From positions 1 to 64,000 of the IMG/VR virus record IMGVR_UViG_3300021142_000013: a stretch of 64,000 nucleotides of DNA, one strand, 5' to 3'. The translations under genes were made by a program, and so were the position numbers. The notes beneath the pieces are model-generated. The model did no database searches and was not told the origin of the DNA. It saw only the letters and a program-made list of their open reading frames with translations. Of this stretch, positions 18,638 through 28,024 are shown piece after piece (position 1 is the stretch's first letter; each line of letters opens with the position of its first letter). This DNA is from a virus.

Positions 18638-19783
18638 ATGGATTTCTCACCAATGACGTTATTTGTCGTTGCTTCAGGTAACACTTACCCTACTACAGGT
18701 TCTACAAACAACCTTGCAGCAGGTCAGTTTGGTATCTTCCGTCCAGATTATACTCCCGCAACTGCAGGTAATATTGCTGCTGCTGCTTATGTATATTTTG
18801 CACAAGGACGTATTGAAAGTGCTCCTAATGCAAATGCACAATCAGGTAACAATGGTTCAATGCTGGGTAGCAAACGTTCTGATAAAATTTATGCTGCAAA
18901 TGTATTGCAGTGGTATAAAATTACAGCACACCAAACAGCTACTGTACAAGTAACACAAGTAAGTAATTTTAACGTAGAGTGTGGTCAGACCGTATCTCTT
19001 ACACTGAGGTTATTCTCAAGTTACATTAATGTAGGTTTCTTTAACGGACTTACTCGTACCGTAACAGTTGTTGCTCCATGTTGTGCTTGTGGTACAGATC
19101 CTTGTACAGAACTAGATCCTACTGCAATGGTAGATGCTTTTGTAGCAGGAGTTAATACAGATCCTTTCTTGTCACAATTTGTAGTTGCAAATAGGACAGG
19201 TACTGGTTTGTCAAGTGTTCTTAATTTGACAGGTATTCCTCTGAATAGTTATGGTCAACGTTGTGACCCTTCTGCTTTCCCTTATGAATATGATCGTATG
19301 GATTTCTATACTTTTGTATATCTTGGAGCACCTACTTCAGTAGATTACATTGTATATGATCCTTGTGATATAGTAGCAACAGCTACCGTAGTACAGAGGG
19401 CAACATATCCTAGGGGTACATCTGATGAAATAGCTCAGATGGAGAAAAACTACTACAGTTATCAGACATTTACTAAACATTTGTTTGAATGGGATATTTT
19501 CAACAACGGTTTTGCAAGCTATGTTGTACCAGGAACTTTCTATGATACATACTACTTGAAATTTAAAGAACCTCTTGGTCCAAATGGCGGTGGTTGGGAT
19601 AGTGCTTCTGCTCAAACATATGATGTTACAGTAGCTGTTCCTACGGGAGATACTGCTTTCACAAACATTATAAATGTATTCTTGGGTACTCCTACAGATG
19701 AATCTGGTAGCAACTTTACAACTACAACTACTACGACTACTTCTACTACTTCAACAAGTACTACAACAACTCTGTTCCCATAG
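18638..19783 (+). CDS. virion structural (auxiliary capsid-type) protein with poly-Thr/Ser tail
   Basis: Beta-rich, high-expression codons, own terminator; ends TTTTTTTTSTTSTSTTTTLFP. Confidence 0.7.
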   Translation: MDFSPMTLFVVASGNTYPTTGSTNNLAAGQFGIFRPDYTPATAGNIAAAAYVYFAQGRIESAPNANAQSGNNGSMLGSKRSDKIYAANVLQWYKITAHQTATVQVTQVSNFNVECGQTVSLTLRLFSSYINVGFFNGLTRTVTVVAPCCACGTDPCTELDPTAMVDAFVAGVNTDPFLSQFVVANRTGTGLSSVLNLTGIPLNSYGQRCDPSAFPYEYDRMDFYTFVYLGAPTSVDYIVYDPCDIVATATVVQRATYPRGTSDEIAQMEKNYYSYQTFTKHLFEWDIFNNGFASYVVPGTFYDTYYLKFKEPLGPNGGGWDSASAQTYDVTVAVPTGDTAFTNIINVFLGTPTDESGSNFTTTTTTTTSTTSTSTTTTLFP

Positions 19784-19810
19784 TAGTTCATAATTAATAT
19801 TTAATTAACG

Positions 19811-19840
19811 GGCATAGGTTTAAAAGCCTATGCCTTTTTT
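19811..19840 (+). terminator. Rho-independent terminator
   Basis: GGCATAGG-8nt-CCTATGCC-TTTTTT. Confidence 0.85.
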
Positions 19841-19851
19841 AATAAAGCCAA

Positions 19852-20304
19852 ATGTTTAGTATAAATTGTGTAAATTTAATAAAACTTTTTGAAGGATTAC
19901 GTATTAATCCATATAGAGATGCTACAGGGATTCCTACAATAGGTTATGGTTTAACATACTATTCTACAGGTGCAAGAGTTACAATGTCAGATCCTCCTGT
20001 AAATGAATTAAAAGCATCTCAGGAATTACTTTGGCATTTAAATAAAAATGAAGCTCCAAACCTAACTAAATTATTAAAAGTAGAACTTAATCAAAATCAA
20101 ATAGATGCCTTAGGTTCTTTAATTTATAATATTGGTAGTGGAAATTTTGCAAAAAGTTCTTTACTTAAAGGAATAAATTCAAACCTATCTCAGGATAAAC
20201 TTAAACCTCTTTGGTTAGAATGGAATAAAGCAAATGGAAAAACATTTGATGGATTAACTAGACGTAGAGAATCTGAATGGAATCTTTATATTAAACCTTT
20301 ATAA
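19852..20304 (+). CDS. GH24 phage lysozyme (endolysin)
   Basis: FEG...YRDATGIPTIGYG catalytic E-D-T, YNIG, GLTRRRESE. Confidence 0.92.
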   Translation: MFSINCVNLIKLFEGLRINPYRDATGIPTIGYGLTYYSTGARVTMSDPPVNELKASQELLWHLNKNEAPNLTKLLKVELNQNQIDALGSLIYNIGSGNFAKSSLLKGINSNLSQDKLKPLWLEWNKANGKTFDGLTRRRESEWNLYIKPL

Positions 20305-20825
20305 TGACTAATATATTAGATATAAATCTTGTTGATACGTATAATGTTGAATCTATTGGATTTGCAGATATATCTACGTACGATCCTAGTTATACTATAT
20401 CAAATGCAACTTTTGAAATAACTCCTCCAGGATTTAATAAAGTAAGTGTTACGTTTACACCTAAACAAGTAAATATATATAACGCATCTAATCTAAATTT
20501 AGGAGTAGGTACAGGTACACAATTACCTGATGGAATATATACTATTACATATTCAGTATTTCCTAATTTAACTTATACTGTTACAAAATCTTTTATGCGA
20601 ACTACTCTTATAAAATGTCTTTATAAAAGAGTATTTCTCGCGATGGATACAAAATGTAACTGTAGTCCTTTAAATAAAACTGATTTAAGAAACAAACTTA
20701 GAGATATTGCGTTACTTATAGATGGTTCAATCGCCTCTGCTTCAGAATGTGATATAATTAATGCAGAAGCAAAATATAATAAAGCAATGTTTCTTTTAAA
20801 AAATATCAAACTTTGTGAATGTTAA
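20304..20825 (+). CDS. virion structural protein
   Basis: LPDGIYTITYS beta-sandwich plus Cys-containing helical C-terminus. Confidence 0.6.
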   Translation: MTNILDINLVDTYNVESIGFADISTYDPSYTISNATFEITPPGFNKVSVTFTPKQVNIYNASNLNLGVGTGTQLPDGIYTITYSVFPNLTYTVTKSFMRTTLIKCLYKRVFLAMDTKCNCSPLNKTDLRNKLRDIALLIDGSIASASECDIINAEAKYNKAMFLLKNIKLCEC

Positions 20826-20837
20826 AAACCAAAACCA

Positions 20838-20963
20838 ATGGGATGTCAGCCAACAAAATGCTCAACATGTAATACAGTAGTTAAAGCGTGTCAATTAGTA
20901 AATGGTCAGTGCATAAATTGCATATCTAAACCTAAACCAGTAACTTCTCCAACTCAACCTTAA
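20838..20963 (+). CDS. 41-aa Cys-rich microprotein
   Basis: MGCQPTKCSTCNTVVKACQLVNGQCINCISKPKPVTSPTQP; TAATG-coupled to next gene; below ORF-track cutoff. Confidence 0.65.
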   Translation: MGCQPTKCSTCNTVVKACQLVNGQCINCISKPKPVTSPTQP

Positions 20964-21238
20964 TGTTTTTTGTACAAACATCTTTTAGCGATAAATGTGA
21001 TCAACCATATATTAATCTATTAGGTGTTATTGATAAACGAATAGCACAGATATCAAATTATCTTTTAAATAATATTAGATACGGATTTGATACAAAAGTT
21101 GATTATGAAACATATGAGAATTTAACTTTATATAGAGAAATTCTTTTAGATAAAATATATTGTTCTGATTGCTTATGTGATTGGAGTATTGATTGTATAA
21201 TTGCAGAAATAAGAAAACTAACAAATCAAATTTGCTAA
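20963..21238 (+). CDS. small Cys-containing structural protein
   Basis: 91 aa, CSDCLCD, coupled. Confidence 0.6.
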   Translation: MFFVQTSFSDKCDQPYINLLGVIDKRIAQISNYLLNNIRYGFDTKVDYETYENLTLYREILLDKIYCSDCLCDWSIDCIIAEIRKLTNQIC

Positions 21239-21239
21239 A

Positions 21240-22397
21240 ATGGGTTCAGGATGCACTCCATGTAATACTAATAATTGTTTAACACCTACTTCAAGTGATT
21301 GTGTTTTATATCAAGGAGATCCTGTGTCTTCTTTAAATATATGTACCAATGATACGGAAACAGAAGTATTAACAACAGTATTAAACGAAATATTAACATT
21401 AATTAATGGTACAGGAATAACTCCTACAGGAATATCTAATACTTGTGATTTTATAAATGCACAATTATTAAACACAACTAATCCTACATTAATTAATTAT
21501 TTACAAGTTATTATAAATAGTCTTTGTACTATAAATACTAACTTAACAAATTTAACTACTCAAGTTAACACATCTGCTACTTATGCAAATCCTGGATGTT
21601 TAACTTTACCAAGTAATCCTACTACTCCTCAAGTATTACAAGCTGTAATCAATGAATTGTGTGATTTATCTACACAAGTTTCACAACTAACTACTACTGT
21701 AGATAATGGACCAACTTTAACATCGACAATTATAACTCAGATAAATACAATTATTTCTAATTTTTTAGGAACGAATGTTTTAAGCTGCAATAATGTCGGA
21801 CGCAGTACAAGTGTAGATAGTAATGGTAATACCATTGTGCAATTCAATGCAATGGTGCCTCCTTTCTGTCCAATACCTTATGTAGGACCAACATCTAACT
21901 TTGATAATACAGGGGCAGGATTGGCTTCTAAAGGCTATTGTGGATGGTATTTCTGTAATGGTCAAGTAGTTAATGGTGTACAACTTCCAGATATGCGGGG
22001 ATATGTTTTTGCAGGAGCCACAAATGTTACTGGAGGAACTTTAGACAATAGAGTAGATCCTGTATTCAATAGTGATCCTACCTATGCTTCAAATGTAGGA
22101 GATAAGAAAGGTGAAGTTAAACATATATTAACAGTTAATGAACTTGCTTCGCATACTCATCCTGTAATAGATCCTGGTCATAATCATACTTATCAAACTA
22201 AGAATACAAGAAAAAGTGGTACTGATAATATAATTACTGCGTGGGATGCCCCAGGAGATTCTGCTGAATTTACAGGTCCTTTAGTAGGAACTAATTTTAA
22301 TACTACAGGTATATCAATAAGTGGTACAGGTAGCAACGTACCACATAATACAGTACAACCAACACTATATGGTGTATGGATAATGCGAATTGCTTAA
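21240..22397 (+). CDS. fibre protein with tail-collar domain
   Basis: GWYFCNG...LPDMRG collar motif and GEVKHILTVNELASHTH...PHNTVQP tip; N-terminal Cys/helical repeats. Confidence 0.75.
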   Translation: MGSGCTPCNTNNCLTPTSSDCVLYQGDPVSSLNICTNDTETEVLTTVLNEILTLINGTGITPTGISNTCDFINAQLLNTTNPTLINYLQVIINSLCTINTNLTNLTTQVNTSATYANPGCLTLPSNPTTPQVLQAVINELCDLSTQVSQLTTTVDNGPTLTSTIITQINTIISNFLGTNVLSCNNVGRSTSVDSNGNTIVQFNAMVPPFCPIPYVGPTSNFDNTGAGLASKGYCGWYFCNGQVVNGVQLPDMRGYVFAGATNVTGGTLDNRVDPVFNSDPTYASNVGDKKGEVKHILTVNELASHTHPVIDPGHNHTYQTKNTRKSGTDNIITAWDAPGDSAEFTGPLVGTNFNTTGISISGTGSNVPHNTVQPTLYGVWIMRIA

Positions 22398-22409
22398 AAA
22401 CTAATATAA

Positions 22410-24152
22410 ATGTCTTGTGGAACAAATAGTCCTTACGGTATAAATTATTTAAATCCTTTAGGTCCTTGCTTGGTTAATCCACCAGCAGGTTCTTCTGGTA
22501 CATATGATTCTAGTACTGTTATATATACAGGTCCTGCATTAACTTGTTCAGGAATTGCTACTAATACAAATCTCCAAACTATTTTACAAACTATGGATGC
22601 AAAAATTTGTGCATCTGTAAGTATTAATTGGAGTTCTTTTAATTATTATTGTTTACCTACTCTTTGTTCTTGTAGTATAACTACTGCACAACAGTTTGTA
22701 GAAACAATGAGTAATCAGTTTTGTATTTTAAATTCTGCATATAATACTTTTGTAAATACAACGTATCCTGCAGAAATAACTACTTTATTAGGATTAATAA
22801 ACGGTATTAAAGCTCCAGGATTAACTTCTTGCTCTGCAGTAAACGTTGGTTCAGGAGATAGTTTAAATACAGTACTCACTAAGATTTTAACAAATCTTTG
22901 TACAATAAATACTGAAACTAGTACAGGTTTAGCAAGTGCTAATTGGAACGAATGTTTTACAGTAAGTCCTTCTCCTACTACATTGATAGGAGCATTTAAT
23001 ACGGTATTAGATTTAATATGTCAAACAAAAGCATTAATTCCAGGAGATGTTACATTACCTACGTTTAATAATATTGGTACATGTCTTGCTTCTCCAGGTT
23101 CTGCAGATACTTTATATAATACTGTAATTAAAATAAGAACTTTACTTTGTACTTTACCTACCTTTACTACAAGTGGTTTAACTTGGGGATGTGTAACAAC
23201 AGGTACAGATTTACAAAGTACAATTCAAAATTTACTTACATTAACAACTACTAATAGAGAAAATTCAATTCTACAAGTAGATGCTAATTTTACACTTACA
23301 CCTATTAATGGAGGAAATCCTTGTGCAGGATTAAAACTTAATTTTGTAGGAGCAGGTTCTACAGATAGACTTGTTGCATCAAATCACTCAGATTCTTCTC
23401 CAGGAACTTTATCAGATAAAGTATTACCAGGAACTAATGTTACATTAGATTTTTCTGATAATACTCATATGGTAATTAATGCGGTAGGACCCGATCATAA
23501 AGTATCTGTGACTAGTGGAGACCCTACTTCTGATTATCTTCAGGCTAAATTAAATATTAAACCAGATTCTCTTAATATAGTAAGTTGGAGTTCTGTTTAT
23601 AATAGTACAACCCATCAATTAGATATTACACCTGCTATTAATCTGGTTACTTTATTTACAGATGGTTTAAATACCATTGCATCTGACCCTACTTTACTTG
23701 CTCAATTCTGCGCATTAACTTGTGGATGCCAACCTTGTACAACGACTACAACAACTACAACAACAATAAGTCCAGACGTGGTATTAAGTGGTATAATTGC
23801 AAATACGGGTGGTAGTGGAAATATTCCAGTAACCATTAGTTTTAATCAGTTAAGTCCTAATGTATCTTGGTATAATCCAGGAATGACTACTGTAAATGCT
23901 TCTACTTCATTTAGTACAGGTGCGTTTACTGTAACAGCAGCTACTCCTGTGACAGGTGTTGTAACATTACAAAATAATGATAACGTTAGTATTACATATA
24001 ATATATATGTTAAAGATGACTTTGGTGTATCTGTACCAGGTTCTACAACTTCAACAGGTACGTTAACTTCTTCTTCTATATTAACAGTTAATCCGTTTAC
24101 ATTCGGTACATCTCCTAATAATTACAGATTACATATCGAATTCCATATCTAA
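22410..24152 (+). CDS. Cys-rich fibre/structural protein with poly-Thr linker
   Basis: Roughly 40-aa Cys-helical repeats, CGCQPC-T9 linker, beta-rich C-terminal domain. Confidence 0.65.
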   Translation: MSCGTNSPYGINYLNPLGPCLVNPPAGSSGTYDSSTVIYTGPALTCSGIATNTNLQTILQTMDAKICASVSINWSSFNYYCLPTLCSCSITTAQQFVETMSNQFCILNSAYNTFVNTTYPAEITTLLGLINGIKAPGLTSCSAVNVGSGDSLNTVLTKILTNLCTINTETSTGLASANWNECFTVSPSPTTLIGAFNTVLDLICQTKALIPGDVTLPTFNNIGTCLASPGSADTLYNTVIKIRTLLCTLPTFTTSGLTWGCVTTGTDLQSTIQNLLTLTTTNRENSILQVDANFTLTPINGGNPCAGLKLNFVGAGSTDRLVASNHSDSSPGTLSDKVLPGTNVTLDFSDNTHMVINAVGPDHKVSVTSGDPTSDYLQAKLNIKPDSLNIVSWSSVYNSTTHQLDITPAINLVTLFTDGLNTIASDPTLLAQFCALTCGCQPCTTTTTTTTTISPDVVLSGIIANTGGSGNIPVTISFNQLSPNVSWYNPGMTTVNASTSFSTGAFTVTAATPVTGVVTLQNNDNVSITYNIYVKDDFGVSVPGSTTSTGTLTSSSILTVNPFTFGTSPNNYRLHIEFHI

Positions 24153-24191
24153 AATATTAGATAGGTTTGTTTGGTTTTCCTATCTTTTCAC

Positions 24192-24218
24192 AAGGGTAGC
24201 TTAAAAACTACCCTTTTT
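24192..24218 (+). terminator. Rho-independent terminator
   Basis: AAGGGTAG-8nt-CTACCCTTTTT. Confidence 0.7.
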
Positions 24219-24230
24219 AAACTTACTTTT

Positions 24231-24533
24231 ATGTTAAATTATATCTTTTTTTCTTTATTTACATTGTCTATAACTATTTTTATGATTTGGAAATGGCAGT
24301 TTATTACAGACTGTATTAGTAGCGTTGAAACAAGTCCTTCTATAAAAAGACTTGTGATATTAATATGTATGTGGACAATGATTATATCTGTATTTGCATC
24401 TATATTTTTAAAATTATTGATGCCTGATTACATGTGGTATGGTTTATTAGGCATCGTTATAGGAGGTCTCGGTTTAACTGTAGCAGAAAAAGTATGGGGA
24501 GATAAGACTCCTGAAGATAAAACACAAAATTAA
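24231..24533 (+). CDS. putative holin (3 TM)
   Basis: Likely start MLNYIF after the terminator; three hydrophobic helices and a charged C-terminus. Confidence 0.55.
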   Translation: MLNYIFFSLFTLSITIFMIWKWQFITDCISSVETSPSIKRLVILICMWTMIISVFASIFLKLLMPDYMWYGLLGIVIGGLGLTVAEKVWGDKTPEDKTQN

Positions 24534-24552
24534 AAGCAATACTTCTCCTATA

Positions 24553-24590
24553 AAAGCCTTTATATTTCTATATAAGGGCTTTATTTATTT
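24553..24590 (+). terminator. inverted repeat / terminator
   Basis: AAAGCCTTTATA...TATAAGGGCTTT followed by T-rich sequence. Confidence 0.55.
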
Positions 24591-24640
24591 AATATATAAT
24601 ATTATTTATTAATAAATCTAATAAAATTTATTATATATTA

Positions 24641-24672
24641 TTTGGTAAATTCCAAAATTTATTGTATCTTTA
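24641..24672 (+). promoter_or_regulatory. Bacteroidota-type promoter
   Basis: TTTG - 20 nt - TATCTTTA. Confidence 0.6.
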
Positions 24673-24692
24673 CATAACCTAAAGTTATACTA

Positions 24693-25910
24693 ATGCAAAA
24701 AAATAACATGTTAGAACAGTTATCTAATTTACTAAAGCAGAAAAAAAGCAATGCTTTTTATGCTGAAAAATTAGGAATTACTATATCGGAAGTAGAAGAA
24801 TTGAAGAAAGAATTACGTGAAAATAACAAAGTAGAAGAAAATGAAGAAACTGTTTATTTTCATAATATTGCAAAAGAAGAAATAGAAATTAAATCTTTTT
24901 ATAAGAATCCTCCAACACCAGAACAAATTGTAAAAGATCATAATATTGATACTACAAAATATAAACTTTCTGGATACTGGAGTAAACAGAAAACAAATGG
25001 CTGGCAAATAAGTGCTTTATTTACTCAAAAATCAGAGATAGATAAACAACCAGATTTAATTCAAAATATATTAAATAATTACAATACTACATATCAACCA
25101 ATAAGAAAAGGAGATTTATTAATAAATGTTAACGATTCTCCTTGTTGTGCTTTAATATCTTTACCCGATTTCCATTTAGATAAAAAAGAAATTACAGGAA
25201 CATCTATTCAGGAAAAAGTAGATAACTATTCTAAAGTATTAGAAAATCTTTTATATAGGTCATATCGCTCTCATTATCTAGAAGAAATTGTTTTCTTGTT
25301 AGGTAATGATTTTTTTCAAACAGATACTATACAAGGAACTACTACTAAAGGAACACCTGTTGCTATAGATATGGATTGGGATGATGCATATGAAGTAGGA
25401 TTCGACTTAATGGTTACTTCTATTAATAAATTAAAACAGTTTTGTAATAAACTGCATATCTATCTTATACCAGGAAATCATCCTAAAACAAAAGAATTTT
25501 ATCTTTCACACGCGTTAGAAGTATATTTCAAATCTGATAAAAACATAATTTTTCATAGGAGTTCTACAGAATATAAAGTACATATATATGGAGAAACGCT
25601 ATTGTGTTTTAATCATGGAAATAATATAAATGAAAAGTTGCCATTAATGTTTGCGACTTCTTTTTATAAAGAATGGGGTTCTTGTAGATATAAAGAAATT
25701 ATACTAGGGGATAAGCATCATAATACAGAAAAAGTAATACGTTCAATGCAAGGAGAAGCACAAGGTGTTAGAATGAGAATACTTCCTGCGCTATGTGGTA
25801 CAGATAAATGGCATGAAGACAATTTGTTTACCAATTCTATTCAGTCAGGAATATCTTTGATTTATGATAAGAAAAATGGTAAGTGTAGTGAATTTGAACA
25901 TCGAATTTAA
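24693..25910 (+). CDS. calcineurin-like metallophosphoesterase with N-terminal HTH
   Basis: DFH, LGNDFF, PGNH, NHG and GDKHH motifs; AEKLGIT HTH-like segment. Confidence 0.8.
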   Translation: MQKNNMLEQLSNLLKQKKSNAFYAEKLGITISEVEELKKELRENNKVEENEETVYFHNIAKEEIEIKSFYKNPPTPEQIVKDHNIDTTKYKLSGYWSKQKTNGWQISALFTQKSEIDKQPDLIQNILNNYNTTYQPIRKGDLLINVNDSPCCALISLPDFHLDKKEITGTSIQEKVDNYSKVLENLLYRSYRSHYLEEIVFLLGNDFFQTDTIQGTTTKGTPVAIDMDWDDAYEVGFDLMVTSINKLKQFCNKLHIYLIPGNHPKTKEFYLSHALEVYFKSDKNIIFHRSSTEYKVHIYGETLLCFNHGNNINEKLPLMFATSFYKEWGSCRYKEIILGDKHHNTEKVIRSMQGEAQGVRMRILPALCGTDKWHEDNLFTNSIQSGISLIYDKKNGKCSEFEHRI

Positions 25911-25915
25911 TTAAT

Positions 25916-26587
25916 ATGTCAACATTAAGAAATTATGTTTCTACAGTAAGGAGTTCGTTTAAACTTAATTCTATAGATGAACTCGTTTCTGATAGATATA
26001 TCGCATCAGAATTACAAAATACTGCTTTAAAATATATTAAACAACAGACAGATAAAAGAAAACTTTTTGCGTCTCCTAATATATTTACGGAACTTCCTTG
26101 TATAGAAATGATACAAGTTCCTTTAGCAGAATGTTGTTCATATACTTCTCCTTGTATGATAGCAAGGAGTAAAAATGTTTTACCTAAAATTGTAGATAAC
26201 TTATATGGACTTATTATACAAGGAGTCTATTCTTTAGACAAGCGTGTATCTTTTTTACAATCTAATCCTAGGAGATATGCAAATTCATTAGAACTAGGAT
26301 TACCTGATAAAAGAAAGTTTTTTTGGTTTCTAAATGGTTATTTATATATAACTGATCCATTAATAGAATCTTGTACATTAGATGCGTTTTTTGAAAATGT
26401 AGTAGATGTAAGTCTCTATAGTTGTAATAATAAACAAAGTTGTCCTGCGAATCCCTTAGATTTAGAATTTAAAGTTCCTCCTAATATAATGGATGATGTA
26501 ATTAAAGAAGTTTATAATAAAATAAAAGCCACTTATAAACAATCTGTAGAAGATCCTGAAAGTGACGATAAAGATGAATCTAAATAA
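25916..26587 (+). CDS. tail ring/structural protein
   Basis: Position before the IHF-tubular-stabilisation block; NGYLY motif. Confidence 0.55.
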   Translation: MSTLRNYVSTVRSSFKLNSIDELVSDRYIASELQNTALKYIKQQTDKRKLFASPNIFTELPCIEMIQVPLAECCSYTSPCMIARSKNVLPKIVDNLYGLIIQGVYSLDKRVSFLQSNPRRYANSLELGLPDKRKFFWFLNGYLYITDPLIESCTLDAFFENVVDVSLYSCNNKQSCPANPLDLEFKVPPNIMDDVIKEVYNKIKATYKQSVEDPESDDKDESK

Positions 26588-26589
26588 AT

Positions 26590-27075
26590 ATGCCAAGACC
26601 TATTGTAGAATATAGAAGTGCTTCTTTTGAAAATTATAAAGTATTTTCTGAAAAATATCCAAAAATAAATATTTCTTTTGATAAATGGAAAAAGATAATT
26701 TATTCATGGAATAAAGCATTTATGCATGAAATTCTAGAAACAGGTGAAAAAATAAAATTACCACATGGTCTTGGAGATTTTACAATTAATAAAAAGAAAC
26801 CTAAGAAATATATAAAAGAAGGTAAAGAACTTATAAATCGTGCAATTGATTGGAAAGAAACTAAAATTGCAGGAAAAATAATATATCATTTAAATAACCA
26901 TACAGATGGATACCGCTATACTTGGGCTTGGTTTCCTAGATCTTCTAAAATTAAATATTCTTATTGTTGGAAGTTTAAAACTTCAAGAGAACTATCTAGA
27001 ATATTAGCGAGTTATTTAAAACAAAAAGACTCTTATTATAAAGATATTTATAGAGAGTGGATAAATAAAAAATAA
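26590..27075 (+). CDS. IHF/HU-like protein
   Basis: KIKLPHGLGDFTI...IDWKETK...IYHLNNHTDGY, typical of the crAss-like IHF homologue. Confidence 0.75.
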   Translation: MPRPIVEYRSASFENYKVFSEKYPKINISFDKWKKIIYSWNKAFMHEILETGEKIKLPHGLGDFTINKKKPKKYIKEGKELINRAIDWKETKIAGKIIYHLNNHTDGYRYTWAWFPRSSKIKYSYCWKFKTSRELSRILASYLKQKDSYYKDIYREWINKK

Positions 27076-27076
27076 T

Positions 27077-28021
27077 ATGTCAACATTTTACGAACAGAAA
27101 TTTGTATCTGCTCAACCTTTATTTGCAGAGGTTAAGGAAGATTTACGTAGTTATTTTGATGGTGGCGCAGTAGATGATTTGATGTTTCCTAAATGGCTAG
27201 AACATTGTTTACGAAGATTTAGAAAAGATGCTTACAGAATAGAAGAAATTGTATTAGAAATAATTGATTATCAGGCATGTTTACCTGATGATTTCAGTGC
27301 TGTAAGAGAAGCATGGGCGTGTGCTAATATAGAAAAAGGTCCTTTTAAATCTCCAACATCTATTTATTGGCAAACCGATTGTAGATTAACTACTATAAAT
27401 GATCCTTGCAATGAATGTTTTCCAGGTAATAATAACCCATATTGTTGTGATGGGGATCACGCCTGTAACTTACCTCAGCTTCCATGTAATACCTGTGATC
27501 AACAGTTTATTGTAACAAATAAAATGAATGATAACTGGATGCTTAAATTTAGAGTATCCCATCTATTAAGACCAGGAAACATGCACGCAAAAGAAAGTTG
27601 TGGTAAAGGTCATTATTGTGGAAATACTTATTCTCAGTCAGCAGATACTTTTGATATACGAGATGGTAAAATAATAACTAATTATTGTAGTGGATTTATA
27701 TACATGCAATATTATGGATATGCTAAATCTGAAGAAGGTGAACAACTTGTTCCAGATAACTTTTGGTTGCAGGACTTTATAAGGAAATTCATAACTTATA
27801 AAGTATTATTGCAATTATTTAATCAGGTTACAGATGAAACATATAATCAAATAGAAAGGAAAGTAGATAGAGCAAAACAAGAACAAGAAGAAGCTTTCAT
27901 TATAGCGCAAACAGAAATGAAAAAAGAAACTTTTTGGGATGTGGCTAGAAAGATTACAAGAGATCAAAATCGAAATAACAAATATAAAATTAGAGACAAC
28001 TATAGAGGTTGGAGATGGTAA
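27077..28021 (+). CDS. tail tubular protein
   Basis: Between IHF-like and stabilisation genes as in crAss-like phages; ACLPDDF motif, Cys-rich insert. Confidence 0.65.
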   Translation: MSTFYEQKFVSAQPLFAEVKEDLRSYFDGGAVDDLMFPKWLEHCLRRFRKDAYRIEEIVLEIIDYQACLPDDFSAVREAWACANIEKGPFKSPTSIYWQTDCRLTTINDPCNECFPGNNNPYCCDGDHACNLPQLPCNTCDQQFIVTNKMNDNWMLKFRVSHLLRPGNMHAKESCGKGHYCGNTYSQSADTFDIRDGKIITNYCSGFIYMQYYGYAKSEEGEQLVPDNFWLQDFIRKFITYKVLLQLFNQVTDETYNQIERKVDRAKQEQEEAFIIAQTEMKKETFWDVARKITRDQNRNNKYKIRDNYRGWRW

Positions 28022-28024
28022 TAT

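Noticed and set aside
24171-24230. Upstream TTG start for the holin-like gene
   Set aside because: Overlaps a terminator hairpin; ATG at 24231 is more plausible
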